From the IMG/VR virus record IMGVR_UViG_3300003324_000282, positions 1-55,920 of that record: 55,920 bases of DNA; one strand, given 5' to 3'. This stretch comes from a virus. Taxonomy: Duplodnaviria; Caudoviricetes. Both the position numbers and the translations under genes were made by a program. The notes beneath the pieces are model-generated. The model did not search any database and was not told the DNA's origin. It was given only the letters and a program-made list of their open reading frames with translations. Below, piece after piece: positions 7,171-15,917 of the stretch. Position 1 is the first letter of the stretch; every line of letters begins with the position of its first letter.

Positions 7171-8916
7171 ATGGCGCTGTCAAACAGAGCTACTCCGTAT
7201 TATTACGGTCAGTTCCGTGATGCGGTTATTCGTGGAGAGATTCCAGTAAATCGTGAAGTCTCTATGGAGATGAACCGTATTGATGCGCTCATTGCCAATC
7301 CAAACATCTATTACGATGATATGGCTGTAGAAGGATTTATTCTTTATTGTGAGAATGAGCTTACTCTTACTGATGGTTCAGATCTTCATTTACTTCCTAG
7401 TTTTAAAGTATGGGCTGAACAGATCTTTTGTTGGTATTATTTCGTAACTCGAAGTGTATATGAACCATCAAAAGACAATCATGGTGGACGTTATGTAACG
7501 AAGACAATTAAGATGCGTTTAACAACCAAGCAATACCTTATTGTGGCTCGAGGTGCTGCTAAGTCAATGTATGCTGAATGCATTCAGTCGTATTTCTTGA
7601 ATGTAGATACAGCAACAACACATCAGATTACAACCGCGCCTACCATGAAACAAGCCGAAGAAGTAATGCAGCCATTTCGAACTGCTATTACCAGAGCTCG
7701 TGGCCCGTTGTTCAAGTTCCTTACTGAAGGATCGATGCAAAACACTACTGGATCTAAAGCCAATAGAGTTAAACTTGCATCGACAAAGAAAGGTATTGAA
7801 AACTTTCTTACTGGTTCTTTGCTTGAGATTCGCCCAATGACAGTGAATAAACTTCAGGGTCTTCGTCCAAAGGTTTCTACTATTGACGAATGGTTGTCTG
7901 GCGACATTAGAGAAGATGTTGTTGGTGCAATTGAGCAGGGTGCATCTAAACTTGACGACTATTTGATTGTTGCTATCAGCTCAGAAGGTACTGTTCGAAA
8001 TGGTTCTGGCGATACCATCAAAATGGAACTAGCTGACATTCTTAAAGGTGAGTATGTAGCACCACACATTTCTATCTGGCATTACAAATTAGATGAGCTG
8101 GAAGAAGTCGGCGATCCGGCAATGTGGCCAAAGGCTAATCCGAATCTTGGCGCCACTGTTACGTATGAAACGTATCATCTGGACGTGGAACGGGCGGAAA
8201 AAGCCCCCGCTTCGCGGAATGACATTCTTGCCAAACGATTCGGAATTCCGATGGAAGGTTATACTTACTTCTTTACTTATGAAGAAACTCTTACTCATCG
8301 TCGGCAAGATCCTCGAGGAATGCCTTGTTCACTTGGCGCTGACCTTTCCCAAGGTGACGACTTCTGCGCTTTTACTTTCTTGTTTCCATTGCGTAATGAG
8401 AGATTTGCAATCAAAACTAGAAGTTACATTACTTCTTTGACTTTGATGAAACTTCCTGGTGCTATGCGTCAGAAGTATGACGAGTTTATCAAAGAAGGTA
8501 GTCTTCATGTTTTGGACGGAACTGTTCTTGATATGATGGAGGTGTATGACGATCTCGATGCATTCATCATTGCAGAAGAATACGATGTTCGAACACTTGG
8601 GTATGACCCATACAACGCCAAAGAGTTTGTTACTCGATGGGAAGCAGAGAATGGTCCTTTTGGCATCGAGAAAGTCATTCAGGGTGCTAAGACCGAAACG
8701 GTCCCGCTTGGTGAGCTGAAGAATTTAAGTGAGGAAAGACTTCTCCTTTTTGATCAGGAGCTCATGTCGTTTGCTATGGGTAACGCCATTACTATTGAGG
8801 ACACCAACGGTAACAGAAAACTTCTTAAGAGACGACAAGAAGAGAAGATCGACAACGTTGCTGCCTTGATGGATGCATACGTTGCCTACAAAGCAAACAA
8901 GGAGGCATTTGAATGA
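7171..8916 (+). CDS. terL: Terminase large subunit
   Basis: ARGAAKS Walker A, IDEW Walker B, KANPNLG, GADLS..DD nuclease, KIDNVAALMDA C-terminus. Confidence 0.95.
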   Translation: MALSNRATPYYYGQFRDAVIRGEIPVNREVSMEMNRIDALIANPNIYYDDMAVEGFILYCENELTLTDGSDLHLLPSFKVWAEQIFCWYYFVTRSVYEPSKDNHGGRYVTKTIKMRLTTKQYLIVARGAAKSMYAECIQSYFLNVDTATTHQITTAPTMKQAEEVMQPFRTAITRARGPLFKFLTEGSMQNTTGSKANRVKLASTKKGIENFLTGSLLEIRPMTVNKLQGLRPKVSTIDEWLSGDIREDVVGAIEQGASKLDDYLIVAISSEGTVRNGSGDTIKMELADILKGEYVAPHISIWHYKLDELEEVGDPAMWPKANPNLGATVTYETYHLDVERAEKAPASRNDILAKRFGIPMEGYTYFFTYEETLTHRRQDPRGMPCSLGADLSQGDDFCAFTFLFPLRNERFAIKTRSYITSLTLMKLPGAMRQKYDEFIKEGSLHVLDGTVLDMMEVYDDLDAFIIAEEYDVRTLGYDPYNAKEFVTRWEAENGPFGIEKVIQGAKTETVPLGELKNLSEERLLLFDQELMSFAMGNAITIEDTNGNRKLLKRRQEEKIDNVAALMDAYVAYKANKEAFE

Positions 8917-9275
8917 TTGATGAAAAGCCTTCTTTTGAGCATCATGGTGTTAAAGGTATGCATTGGGGTGTTCGAACTCGTACTCAGTCTTCATATGGTG
9001 AAGCTAAAGCCAGAGAAAAGGAACGTGTAGCATCACTTAAACCTAGTCGTGTAATTTCAAGAAAGATTTCTGAAGTTACCGGCGATCCACGGTCAGCTGT
9101 TACTTTTGCTTCTGTTGCTGCTGTAGGAGTTGCATTTACTCAATCACCTCAAGCTAAAGCAGCAATGAAAATTTCTATGTCGAATGTTGGTAAAGCTGCT
9201 GGCAATAGAAACGTACAGCGAATTACGTTCAAAGCATTGAAGGGCGCTGGTAAACTTTACATGAAGACTAGGTGA
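8913..9275 (+). CDS. Small basic protein with N-terminal HHGVKGMHWGVR motif
   Basis: ATGA overlap with terminase; shared motif. Confidence 0.8.
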   Translation: MIDEKPSFEHHGVKGMHWGVRTRTQSSYGEAKAREKERVASLKPSRVISRKISEVTGDPRSAVTFASVAAVGVAFTQSPQAKAAMKISMSNVGKAAGNRNVQRITFKALKGAGKLYMKTR

Positions 9276-9285
9276 GGAGGTGACA

Positions 9286-9690
9286 ATGTTATATGAAGAG
9301 AAACCAACTTTAAACAATGCTATGATTCACTACGGTGTTCTCGGCATGAAGTGGGGTGTAACTCGTCAACAAGCTAGAGGTGGCGATATTCGTGCAGCAC
9401 GAGCAAGACTTGTTTTAGAAAGACAAAAAGTAAAACAAGCTAAACGAAAAGTAAGTGAAGCTAGTACTGCTAAAGATAAAGCTGCTGCAGCTCAGAAACA
9501 TGTTGATTTAAAAATGGGTTTATTAAACAATTCGGACAGAGTTATTGCTTCACGTCTGACTACTGGGGAGAAAGTAGCAACTGCACTTTTGTTTAGTCCT
9601 GTCGGTGCCGCCGCACTGATCGGTACTACATCTGCTACATCTCGACGAATTGAATATAAACAAGACAAAGGCAAGTATACTAAGACGTAG
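9286..9690 (+). CDS. Small basic protein with N-terminal HYGVLGMKWGV motif
   Basis: RBS GAGGAGG; shared motif; coiled coil and hydrophobic C-terminal segment. Confidence 0.8.
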   Translation: MLYEEKPTLNNAMIHYGVLGMKWGVTRQQARGGDIRAARARLVLERQKVKQAKRKVSEASTAKDKAAAAQKHVDLKMGLLNNSDRVIASRLTTGEKVATALLFSPVGAAALIGTTSATSRRIEYKQDKGKYTKT

Positions 9691-9720
9691 TTTATTACAT
9701 TTTTAGAGAGGAGGTGACAT

Positions 9721-10989
9721 GTGTCAACAATCGGGTCTAGATTGAAGCACGCTTGGAACGCTTTTACCAATCAAGAGAGTTCACTTCAGTCATATGGCGA
9801 TGCGGTTTCATATGGTCGTCCGGACAGAACTCGACTTAGGATTCCAAATGAACGTTCTATCATCTCCTCTATTTATACGCGTCTTAGTATTGACGTTGCT
9901 GGTGTCGATATTCGTCATGTGCGCGTCGATGATAGCGGTCGGTTTAGTGGTGACATTGATAGTGGACTTAATAATTGTCTTACTGTTGAGGCTAATTTGG
10001 ATCAAGCGGCTCGAGCTTTTAGACAAGATCTTGCGCTAACGTTATTTGATAATGGTGCCGCGGCTATTGTACCGGTCGATACATCGTTAAATCCGCTTGT
10101 GACTGGTGGATACGATATTTTGAGTCTTCGTGTTGGTGAAATTATTCAATATATGCCTCGACATGTAAAATTGAATGTTTACAATGAAGCCATTGGTCGA
10201 CGTGAGCAAATTGTGCTTGAGAAAAAGTTTGTCGCGATTGTTGAGAATCCGCTATATTCTGTAATGAATGAACCGAACTCAACTCTTCAGCGCCTTATTC
10301 GAAAGCTAAATCTTCTAGACACGATTGATGATCAGTCTGGTTCTGGAAAACTCGATCTCATTATTCAGCTTCCATATGTAATCAAATCTGAATCAAGACG
10401 ACAGCAAGCCGAACAACGTCGTCAGGATATTGAGTTCCAGTTGTCTGGAAGTAAGTACGGCGTTGCTTATACAGATGGTACAGAAAAGATCACCCAGCTT
10501 AATCGACCTGTTGAAAATAATCTATTAAAACAGGTAGAGTATCTGGTCGAGATGTTGTATGGTCAACTTGGCCTTACGCCAGAAATTATGAACGGCACGG
10601 CCGACGAGAAGGCCATGCTGAACTACAACAGTCGTACGATCGAACCAATTCTAGATGCCATTGTTGAAGCAATGCGCCGTACATTTCTTACAAAGACTGC
10701 TCGTTCACAAGGTCAGACTATTGCATATTTCCGCAATGCATTTAAGCTTATTCCACTTAGTGAGATCGCTGAGATTGCTGATGTCTTTGCTCGGAATGAA
10801 ATCGCTACTTCCAACGAAATCAGACAAATTCTTGGATGGAAGCCTCATGATGACCCAAAGGCAGATCAACTTCGGAATAGCAATATGCCACAACCAGGGG
10901 ATAGTCCTCCGACAGATCCATTGGCAAAATTGAAAGAAATTAATAATTTAAAGCGAAGTATTCCGTCCCCGTCGGGGTCGGTTGAATAA
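9721..10989 (+). CDS. Portal protein
   Basis: 422 aa between terminase and capsid; HK97-like portal features (QLGL.PEI.NGTA, TIEPIL.AI, SNEIR..LG). Confidence 0.9.
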   Translation: MSTIGSRLKHAWNAFTNQESSLQSYGDAVSYGRPDRTRLRIPNERSIISSIYTRLSIDVAGVDIRHVRVDDSGRFSGDIDSGLNNCLTVEANLDQAARAFRQDLALTLFDNGAAAIVPVDTSLNPLVTGGYDILSLRVGEIIQYMPRHVKLNVYNEAIGRREQIVLEKKFVAIVENPLYSVMNEPNSTLQRLIRKLNLLDTIDDQSGSGKLDLIIQLPYVIKSESRRQQAEQRRQDIEFQLSGSKYGVAYTDGTEKITQLNRPVENNLLKQVEYLVEMLYGQLGLTPEIMNGTADEKAMLNYNSRTIEPILDAIVEAMRRTFLTKTARSQGQTIAYFRNAFKLIPLSEIAEIADVFARNEIATSNEIRQILGWKPHDDPKADQLRNSNMPQPGDSPPTDPLAKLKEINNLKRSIPSPSGSVE

Positions 10990-11014
10990 AACAGATACGG
11001 AAGGAGACAGTCCA

Positions 11015-13075
11015 GTGGAACCGGATTTCAGCGGTTACGCAACTAAGGCTGGTCTCAAGTGCTCCGACGGCCGGACAATTATGCCTGAGGCATTCAAAGA
11101 GATGGACGGAAAAACCGTTCCGCTCGTCTGGCAACACGGGCACAAGGACCCTTCAAATGTTCTTGGCCATGCCGTTCTCGAAGCTCGTAGTGATGGTGTT
11201 TATGCTCACGCGTTCTTCAATGATACTGAGCCGGCAAAACAGGCTAAGGCGCTTGTTGAGCACAAGGACATTACGTCTTTGTCTATTTATGCTAACAGTC
11301 TTGTTGAAAAGGGCAAAAAGGTATTTCACGGTGTTATTCGTGAGCTTAGTTTGGTTCTTTCCGGTGCCAATCCTGGTGCAGTGATTGACAATATTCGTAT
11401 TGCTCACAGCGATGACCCAGATGACATCGAGACGTTGGATGATGAAGCGATCATTTATACTGGTCTCGATCTCGTGCATTCTGATGAGGGTGCTGAAGCT
11501 GAGAAGAATGCTGATGGCGGGAAGAATGAAGAGAACGCTGAAGGCGGGAACAATGAAGAGAACGCTGAAGGCGGGAAGAATGAAGAGAACGCTGAAGGTG
11601 AAGAAAACGAAGATAATGCTGACAATGAAGAAGTTCAGCATGCTGCAACTAATGACAAAACCGTTCAGGATGTCTTTGATTCCTTTACAGCAGAGCAAAA
11701 GAAAGTTGTTCATTACCTGATCGGAGCCGCTCTCGAAGAAGCTGGCTCCACTGCAGAGCACTCCGACATGGAAGGACAGGAAAACATGGGAACGCGCAAC
11801 GTTTTCGAGCGAGATGGGAATGGCGGCGGTAGCACCGAGACGCATGAGCTGTCGCACGATGCCATCGCAGGGATTGTGGCAGACGCAAAGCGTCGCGGAT
11901 CTCTGAAAGCAGCTGTTGAAGACTATGCAATTCAGCACGGTATCGAGAACATTGACGTTCTTTTCCCGGATGCCAAGAACCTTGATGACGTTCCTGAGTG
12001 GGAGAAGCGTCGTACTGAGTGGGTTGCTGGTGTTTTGAACACTACTCGGCACACCCCATTCTCTCGGATTAGGACTCGTTCTGCTGATCTTACTCACGAA
12101 GAGGCTCGTGCCAAAGGTTACATCAAGGGTAATCTTAAGAAGGAAGAATTCTTCGGTGTTACAAAGCGTACTACCACTCCGACTACGATCTACAAGAAGC
12201 AGCAGCTTGATCGCGATGACATGCTCGACATTACAGACTTTGATGTCGTTGTCTGGCTCAAGGGTGAAATGCGTCTTATGCTCGAAGAGGAAATTGCTCG
12301 GGCTATTCTGATTGGTGACGGTCGAGACGTTGCTCACGAAGACAAGATCAAGGATCCGATGGGTGCTGCTGAAGGTGCTGGTATTCGTTCAATTCTGTAC
12401 GACCACGAGCTTTATGTGACGCATGTGAATGTTGGGCTGCCGGCTACCAATGCAGATTACAACGATGTCGTGGAAGCTGTCATGCGCGCACGTCGTTTCT
12501 ACAAGGGTACTGGTATGCCGAACTTCTACACGACAACTCAGACTTCGGTCGAGATGTTGCTGTCGAAGGACCAGTTTGGACGTCGTCGTTGGAACAGTAA
12601 GGAAGAGTTGGCTAACGCGCTGGGTGTTGGTCAGGTTATCGACGTTGAGGTCATGGACCAAGAGCCGGATCTGCTTGGCATCATTGTCAACCTTGCAGAC
12701 TACTCGGTTGGTACTGACCGTGGTGGCGACATCACCATGTTCGATGACTTTGATATCGACTACAACCAGTACAAGTACTTGATCGAGACTCGTCTGTCTG
12801 GTGCTCTTACCAAGATCAAATCTGCTATGGTTGTTCACCGTCAGGCTGTTGGTGACGTTCAGGTTACGCCGACTGCTCCGGACTTTGACGGCACGACAAT
12901 CACTATTCCGACGGATGCCAATGTCGACTACTTCGCTGATGGCTCACCGGTTGCTGACGCAGCCACGGTTCCGGTTCCGGCTGGAACCACAGTGGAGATC
13001 ACGGCTACTCCGACAGCTGGACACTTCTTCGCTACTAACGAAGAGGACCAGTGGAGCTTCACTAACAACGCCTGA
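11015..13075 (+). CDS. Prohead protease-scaffold-major capsid fusion with C-terminal Ig-like domain
   Basis: FSGYA, VPLVWQH, LSIYA, ELSLVLSGANPGA of HK97-family protease; acidic linker; HK97-fold capsid region; RBS AAGGAG before GTG 11015. Confidence 0.9.
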   Translation: MEPDFSGYATKAGLKCSDGRTIMPEAFKEMDGKTVPLVWQHGHKDPSNVLGHAVLEARSDGVYAHAFFNDTEPAKQAKALVEHKDITSLSIYANSLVEKGKKVFHGVIRELSLVLSGANPGAVIDNIRIAHSDDPDDIETLDDEAIIYTGLDLVHSDEGAEAEKNADGGKNEENAEGGNNEENAEGGKNEENAEGEENEDNADNEEVQHAATNDKTVQDVFDSFTAEQKKVVHYLIGAALEEAGSTAEHSDMEGQENMGTRNVFERDGNGGGSTETHELSHDAIAGIVADAKRRGSLKAAVEDYAIQHGIENIDVLFPDAKNLDDVPEWEKRRTEWVAGVLNTTRHTPFSRIRTRSADLTHEEARAKGYIKGNLKKEEFFGVTKRTTTPTTIYKKQQLDRDDMLDITDFDVVVWLKGEMRLMLEEEIARAILIGDGRDVAHEDKIKDPMGAAEGAGIRSILYDHELYVTHVNVGLPATNADYNDVVEAVMRARRFYKGTGMPNFYTTTQTSVEMLLSKDQFGRRRWNSKEELANALGVGQVIDVEVMDQEPDLLGIIVNLADYSVGTDRGGDITMFDDFDIDYNQYKYLIETRLSGALTKIKSAMVVHRQAVGDVQVTPTAPDFDGTTITIPTDANVDYFADGSPVADAATVPVPAGTTVEITATPTAGHFFATNEEDQWSFTNNA
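11504..11599 (+). repeat. 27-bp tandem repeat (~3.5 copies) encoding NAEGGKNEE
   Basis: GGCGGGAA(G/C)AATGAAGAGAACGCTGAA repeated in the acidic linker. Confidence 0.9.
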
Positions 13076-13090
13076 TAAGCGGGGCTACAG

Positions 13091-13447
13091 ATGGCAAAGT
13101 TCTTCGACAAAATTGGATTTGGTTTCTCAACTGAAACAGCTCCCGGTGTATACAAAGACGTCATTACAGAACGATCTTATCGAGGTGACGTTGTCCGTAA
13201 TTCCCGAGGGCTTGACGAGGGAGAGAAAGTTAACAGTGATCTTACTGTAAGCAATTCTCTCAGCATTATCGCTGATCAGTATGCCAATACGAATTTCTTT
13301 GCCATGCGTTATGTGAGGTGGGCGGGGGCTTTGTGGACTGTTGCAAACGTTGAAGTGCAAAGCCCTCGTCTCATCTTAAGGTTGGGAGGTGTCTATAATG
13401 GCCCAAGAGCAACCGTCGCGGCGGATCCAGCTCCAGACGCTCCTTGA
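13091..13447 (+). CDS. Head closure/head-tail stopper-like protein
   Basis: Position after capsid; beta-rich (YV.W.G..W.V.NVEV..PRL.L.LGG). Confidence 0.65.
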   Translation: MAKFFDKIGFGFSTETAPGVYKDVITERSYRGDVVRNSRGLDEGEKVNSDLTVSNSLSIIADQYANTNFFAMRYVRWAGALWTVANVEVQSPRLILRLGGVYNGPRATVAADPAPDAP

Positions 13448-13712
13448 GTCATTGGCAGGAAAAGTATATTTTCAACCTCCACCTAGTTTGCAAATGGAGT
13501 ATCCTTGTATTGTCTATCAAAAAGATAATCTAGATACAAAATTTGCCAACAATGTTCCGTATGGTACTGCTCAGCGTTATCAGGTTACAGTTATTGATGA
13601 AGATCCAGACAGTGATATTCCAGCGAAGATAGCTACTTTGCCAAAATGTAGCTTTCGTCGTTTCTTTATTGCTGATGGTCTTAACCATGATGTCTACACT
13701 CTTTACTTTTAG
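13398..13712 (+). CDS. Tail terminator-like protein
   Basis: KVYFQPP....YPCIVY motif; RBS GGAGG before ATG 13398; immediately precedes major tail gene. Confidence 0.7.
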   Translation: MAQEQPSRRIQLQTLLESLAGKVYFQPPPSLQMEYPCIVYQKDNLDTKFANNVPYGTAQRYQVTVIDEDPDSDIPAKIATLPKCSFRRFFIADGLNHDVYTLYF

Positions 13713-13723
13713 AAAGGATAAAC

Positions 13724-14593
13724 ATGAGGCTCGCATGGGATCAGGTAGGTGAGCGCGAATACGAAACAGGTGTCGATAAAGGCGTTCTCTATCTTTCCGA
13801 CACCAATGGTGTGTATGATCAGGGCTATGCTTGGAATGGTCTGACTACTGTCACCGAATCACCTAGTGGTGCAGAGTCAAACAAGCAGTATGCTGATAAT
13901 ACCGTGTACTTGAATCTCATCAGTGCCGAGCAGTTCGGTGCAACGATCGAGGCTTTCACTTATCCGGACGAGTTCGGTGAGTGTGATGGTACGGCAGAAC
14001 CTTCTCCTGGTGTTCGTGTTGGGCAGCAGGGTCGTCGGTCCTTTGGTCTGTGTTACCGGACGCTCGTTGGTAACGATGTTGACGGTTCAGACGCCGGTTA
14101 CAAGCTTCATCTCGTGTATGGCGCTCAGGCAGCACCATCTGAGAAGGCTTATGCCACGGTTAACGATACACCGGAGGCTCTCACTTTCAGTTGGGAGATT
14201 AGTACTACTCCGGTTAATGCAACGGGATTGAAGCCTACTGCATCTATCACCATTGACTCCACCAAGGTAGCACCAGCAAGTCTTACAGCTCTTGAAGACA
14301 TGCTGTATGGTACTGCAGGCTCAGACCCTCGTCTTCCTCTTCCTGATGAGGTCATTGAGCTCTTCGGTGGTGATGTAACTATCGTTGAGACGGTTGCACC
14401 GACATATGATCCCGCTACGGACATTATCACCATTCCGGCAACGGCTGGTGTTGAATACCGTATTAACGGAGACATTGTTCCGGCCGGTCCATATGGTCCT
14501 ATTACTGAAGACACTGTTGTTACTGCTACTCCTGCTCCTGGAAACGCATTTAGCAACACTTCAGATACTGACTGGACGATTAATTACAGTTAA
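13724..14593 (+). CDS. Major tail (tube) protein with C-terminal Ig-like domain
   Basis: GVDKGVLY..AWNGL..YADN..IEAFTYPDEF..FGLCYRT..YKLHLVY..FSWE phi13-like tube pattern. Confidence 0.9.
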   Translation: MRLAWDQVGEREYETGVDKGVLYLSDTNGVYDQGYAWNGLTTVTESPSGAESNKQYADNTVYLNLISAEQFGATIEAFTYPDEFGECDGTAEPSPGVRVGQQGRRSFGLCYRTLVGNDVDGSDAGYKLHLVYGAQAAPSEKAYATVNDTPEALTFSWEISTTPVNATGLKPTASITIDSTKVAPASLTALEDMLYGTAGSDPRLPLPDEVIELFGGDVTIVETVAPTYDPATDIITIPATAGVEYRINGDIVPAGPYGPITEDTVVTATPAPGNAFSNTSDTDWTINYS

Positions 14594-14614
14594 TAATTGA
14601 AAGGGGGCCAGAGA

Positions 14615-15151
14615 GTGCTCACAATTATTGTTCCATTAGAAGAAAGCTTTGACGAATCCAAAGATGAGTTTGTGACTATTGGGTTCGAGTTAGAGCTTGA
14701 GCACTCTCTGGCTTCCCTGTCAAAATGGGAGTCAATTTTTGAGAAACCATTTCTTGGTCCAGCCGAGAAGACCACTGAAGAAACGTTGGGGTATATAAAA
14801 TGCATGACTGTAACCCCCAAAGTTCCTCCAGAGGTTTATGAAAAACTCTCAAGTGAAAACTTCCAAGCTATTGAGTATTACATCAATAAAAAGATGACTG
14901 CAACTTGGTTCTCTGAACGTAAACAACCACCTAATCGAGAAATTATTACTGCTGAATTAATTTATTACTGGATGATTACTCTCAATATTCCATTTGAATG
15001 TCAACATTGGCATTTGAATAGTCTTCTCACTTTAGTACAAGTTTGTAATCATAAGAATTCTCCACAGAAGAAGATGAGCAGACGTGAAGTTGCTGAGAGA
15101 AATCGTGCACTGAATGCAGAAAGAAAAGCACGACTAAACACTAGTGGTTGA
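14615..15151 (+). CDS. Tail assembly chaperone-like protein
   Basis: Follows major tail gene; [34 protein letters not shown]; start uncertain (14597 or 14615). Confidence 0.6.
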   Translation: MLTIIVPLEESFDESKDEFVTIGFELELEHSLASLSKWESIFEKPFLGPAEKTTEETLGYIKCMTVTPKVPPEVYEKLSSENFQAIEYYINKKMTATWFSERKQPPNREIITAELIYYWMITLNIPFECQHWHLNSLLTLVQVCNHKNSPQKKMSRREVAERNRALNAERKARLNTSG

Positions 15152-15164
15152 GAGGAGGAATCAT

Positions 15165-15917
15165 ATGACGCAACTTAACTGGGCCACCATTGGAGAGCGT
15201 TTCTTTGAAGCTGGCATTGATCGCGGGGTTCTGTATGTAGAGAACGAAGATGGTGTCGCATGGAACGGGTTGATTTCTGTTTCCGAATCTCCCATTGGTG
15301 GAGAAGTATCTGAATATTATGTTGATGGTATTAAGTATTTGCAAGTAGCTGCTGGCGAACAATTTGAAGCTACGATTGAGGCATATACTTATCCAGATGA
15401 GTTTAATGCATGTGAAGGTATAGTATCTGTTTCCAATGGTTTGCATATGACGCATCAACATAAAAAGTCCTTTGGGCTTTGTTATCGAACTAAAATAGGT
15501 AACGACATTAATGGACTTGATCATGCGTACAAGTTGCATTTGATTTATAATGCGTTGGCTGCTCCGTCTTCTCATGATCATAATACTGTTGGTGAATCAA
15601 TAAGTCCAGATAATTTTAGTTGGAATATTACAACAAAACCCCCAACTTTCACTGGTTATAAGACTACAGCTCACCTTATAATCGATAGTCGAGATGCCCC
15701 CCGTGGCTTATTGAATCAAATCGAAGATATTCTGTATGGAACAGATGATTTAGCTCCTCGGCAACCTAGTCCATCAGAATTAATTTACTTATTTGATTCT
15801 TATAACACTTCGATATTCGATGCTGGCGATCCAGATACTCCATATTATACCACATTTGATGGTGGAACGCCTCCGAATGTCCTTCAGCCCTCGATAATTG
15901 ATGGAGGTACGCCCTAA
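15165..15917 (+). CDS. Second tail tube paralogue (minor tail protein)
   Basis: Colinear similarity to 13724-14593 (GVLY, AWNGL, IEAYTYPDEF, SFGLCYRT, YKLHL.Y); C-terminal DAG/DGG repeats; RBS GAGGAGG. Confidence 0.85.
   Translation: MTQLNWATIGERFFEAGIDRGVLYVENEDGVAWNGLISVSESPIGGEVSEYYVDGIKYLQVAAGEQFEATIEAYTYPDEFNACEGIVSVSNGLHMTHQHKKSFGLCYRTKIGNDINGLDHAYKLHLIYNALAAPSSHDHNTVGESISPDNFSWNITTKPPTFTGYKTTAHLIIDSRDAPRGLLNQIEDILYGTDDLAPRQPSPSELIYLFDSYNTSIFDAGDPDTPYYTTFDGGTPPNVLQPSIIDGGTP

Noticed and set aside
7171-8916. Inteins or introns in terminase (also considered for replicase, helicase and RNAP)
   Set aside because: ORFs are uninterrupted, and no intein splice motifs or LAGLIDADG blocks were noticed
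11153-12337. 394-aa reverse-strand ORF
   Set aside because: Antisense shadow of the capsid gene caused by codon bias; no recognisable motifs, and all real genes are on +
14615-15165. Programmed frameshift in the tail assembly chaperone
   Set aside because: No convincing slippery heptamer with an overlapping extension frame seen; the next gene has its own strong RBS
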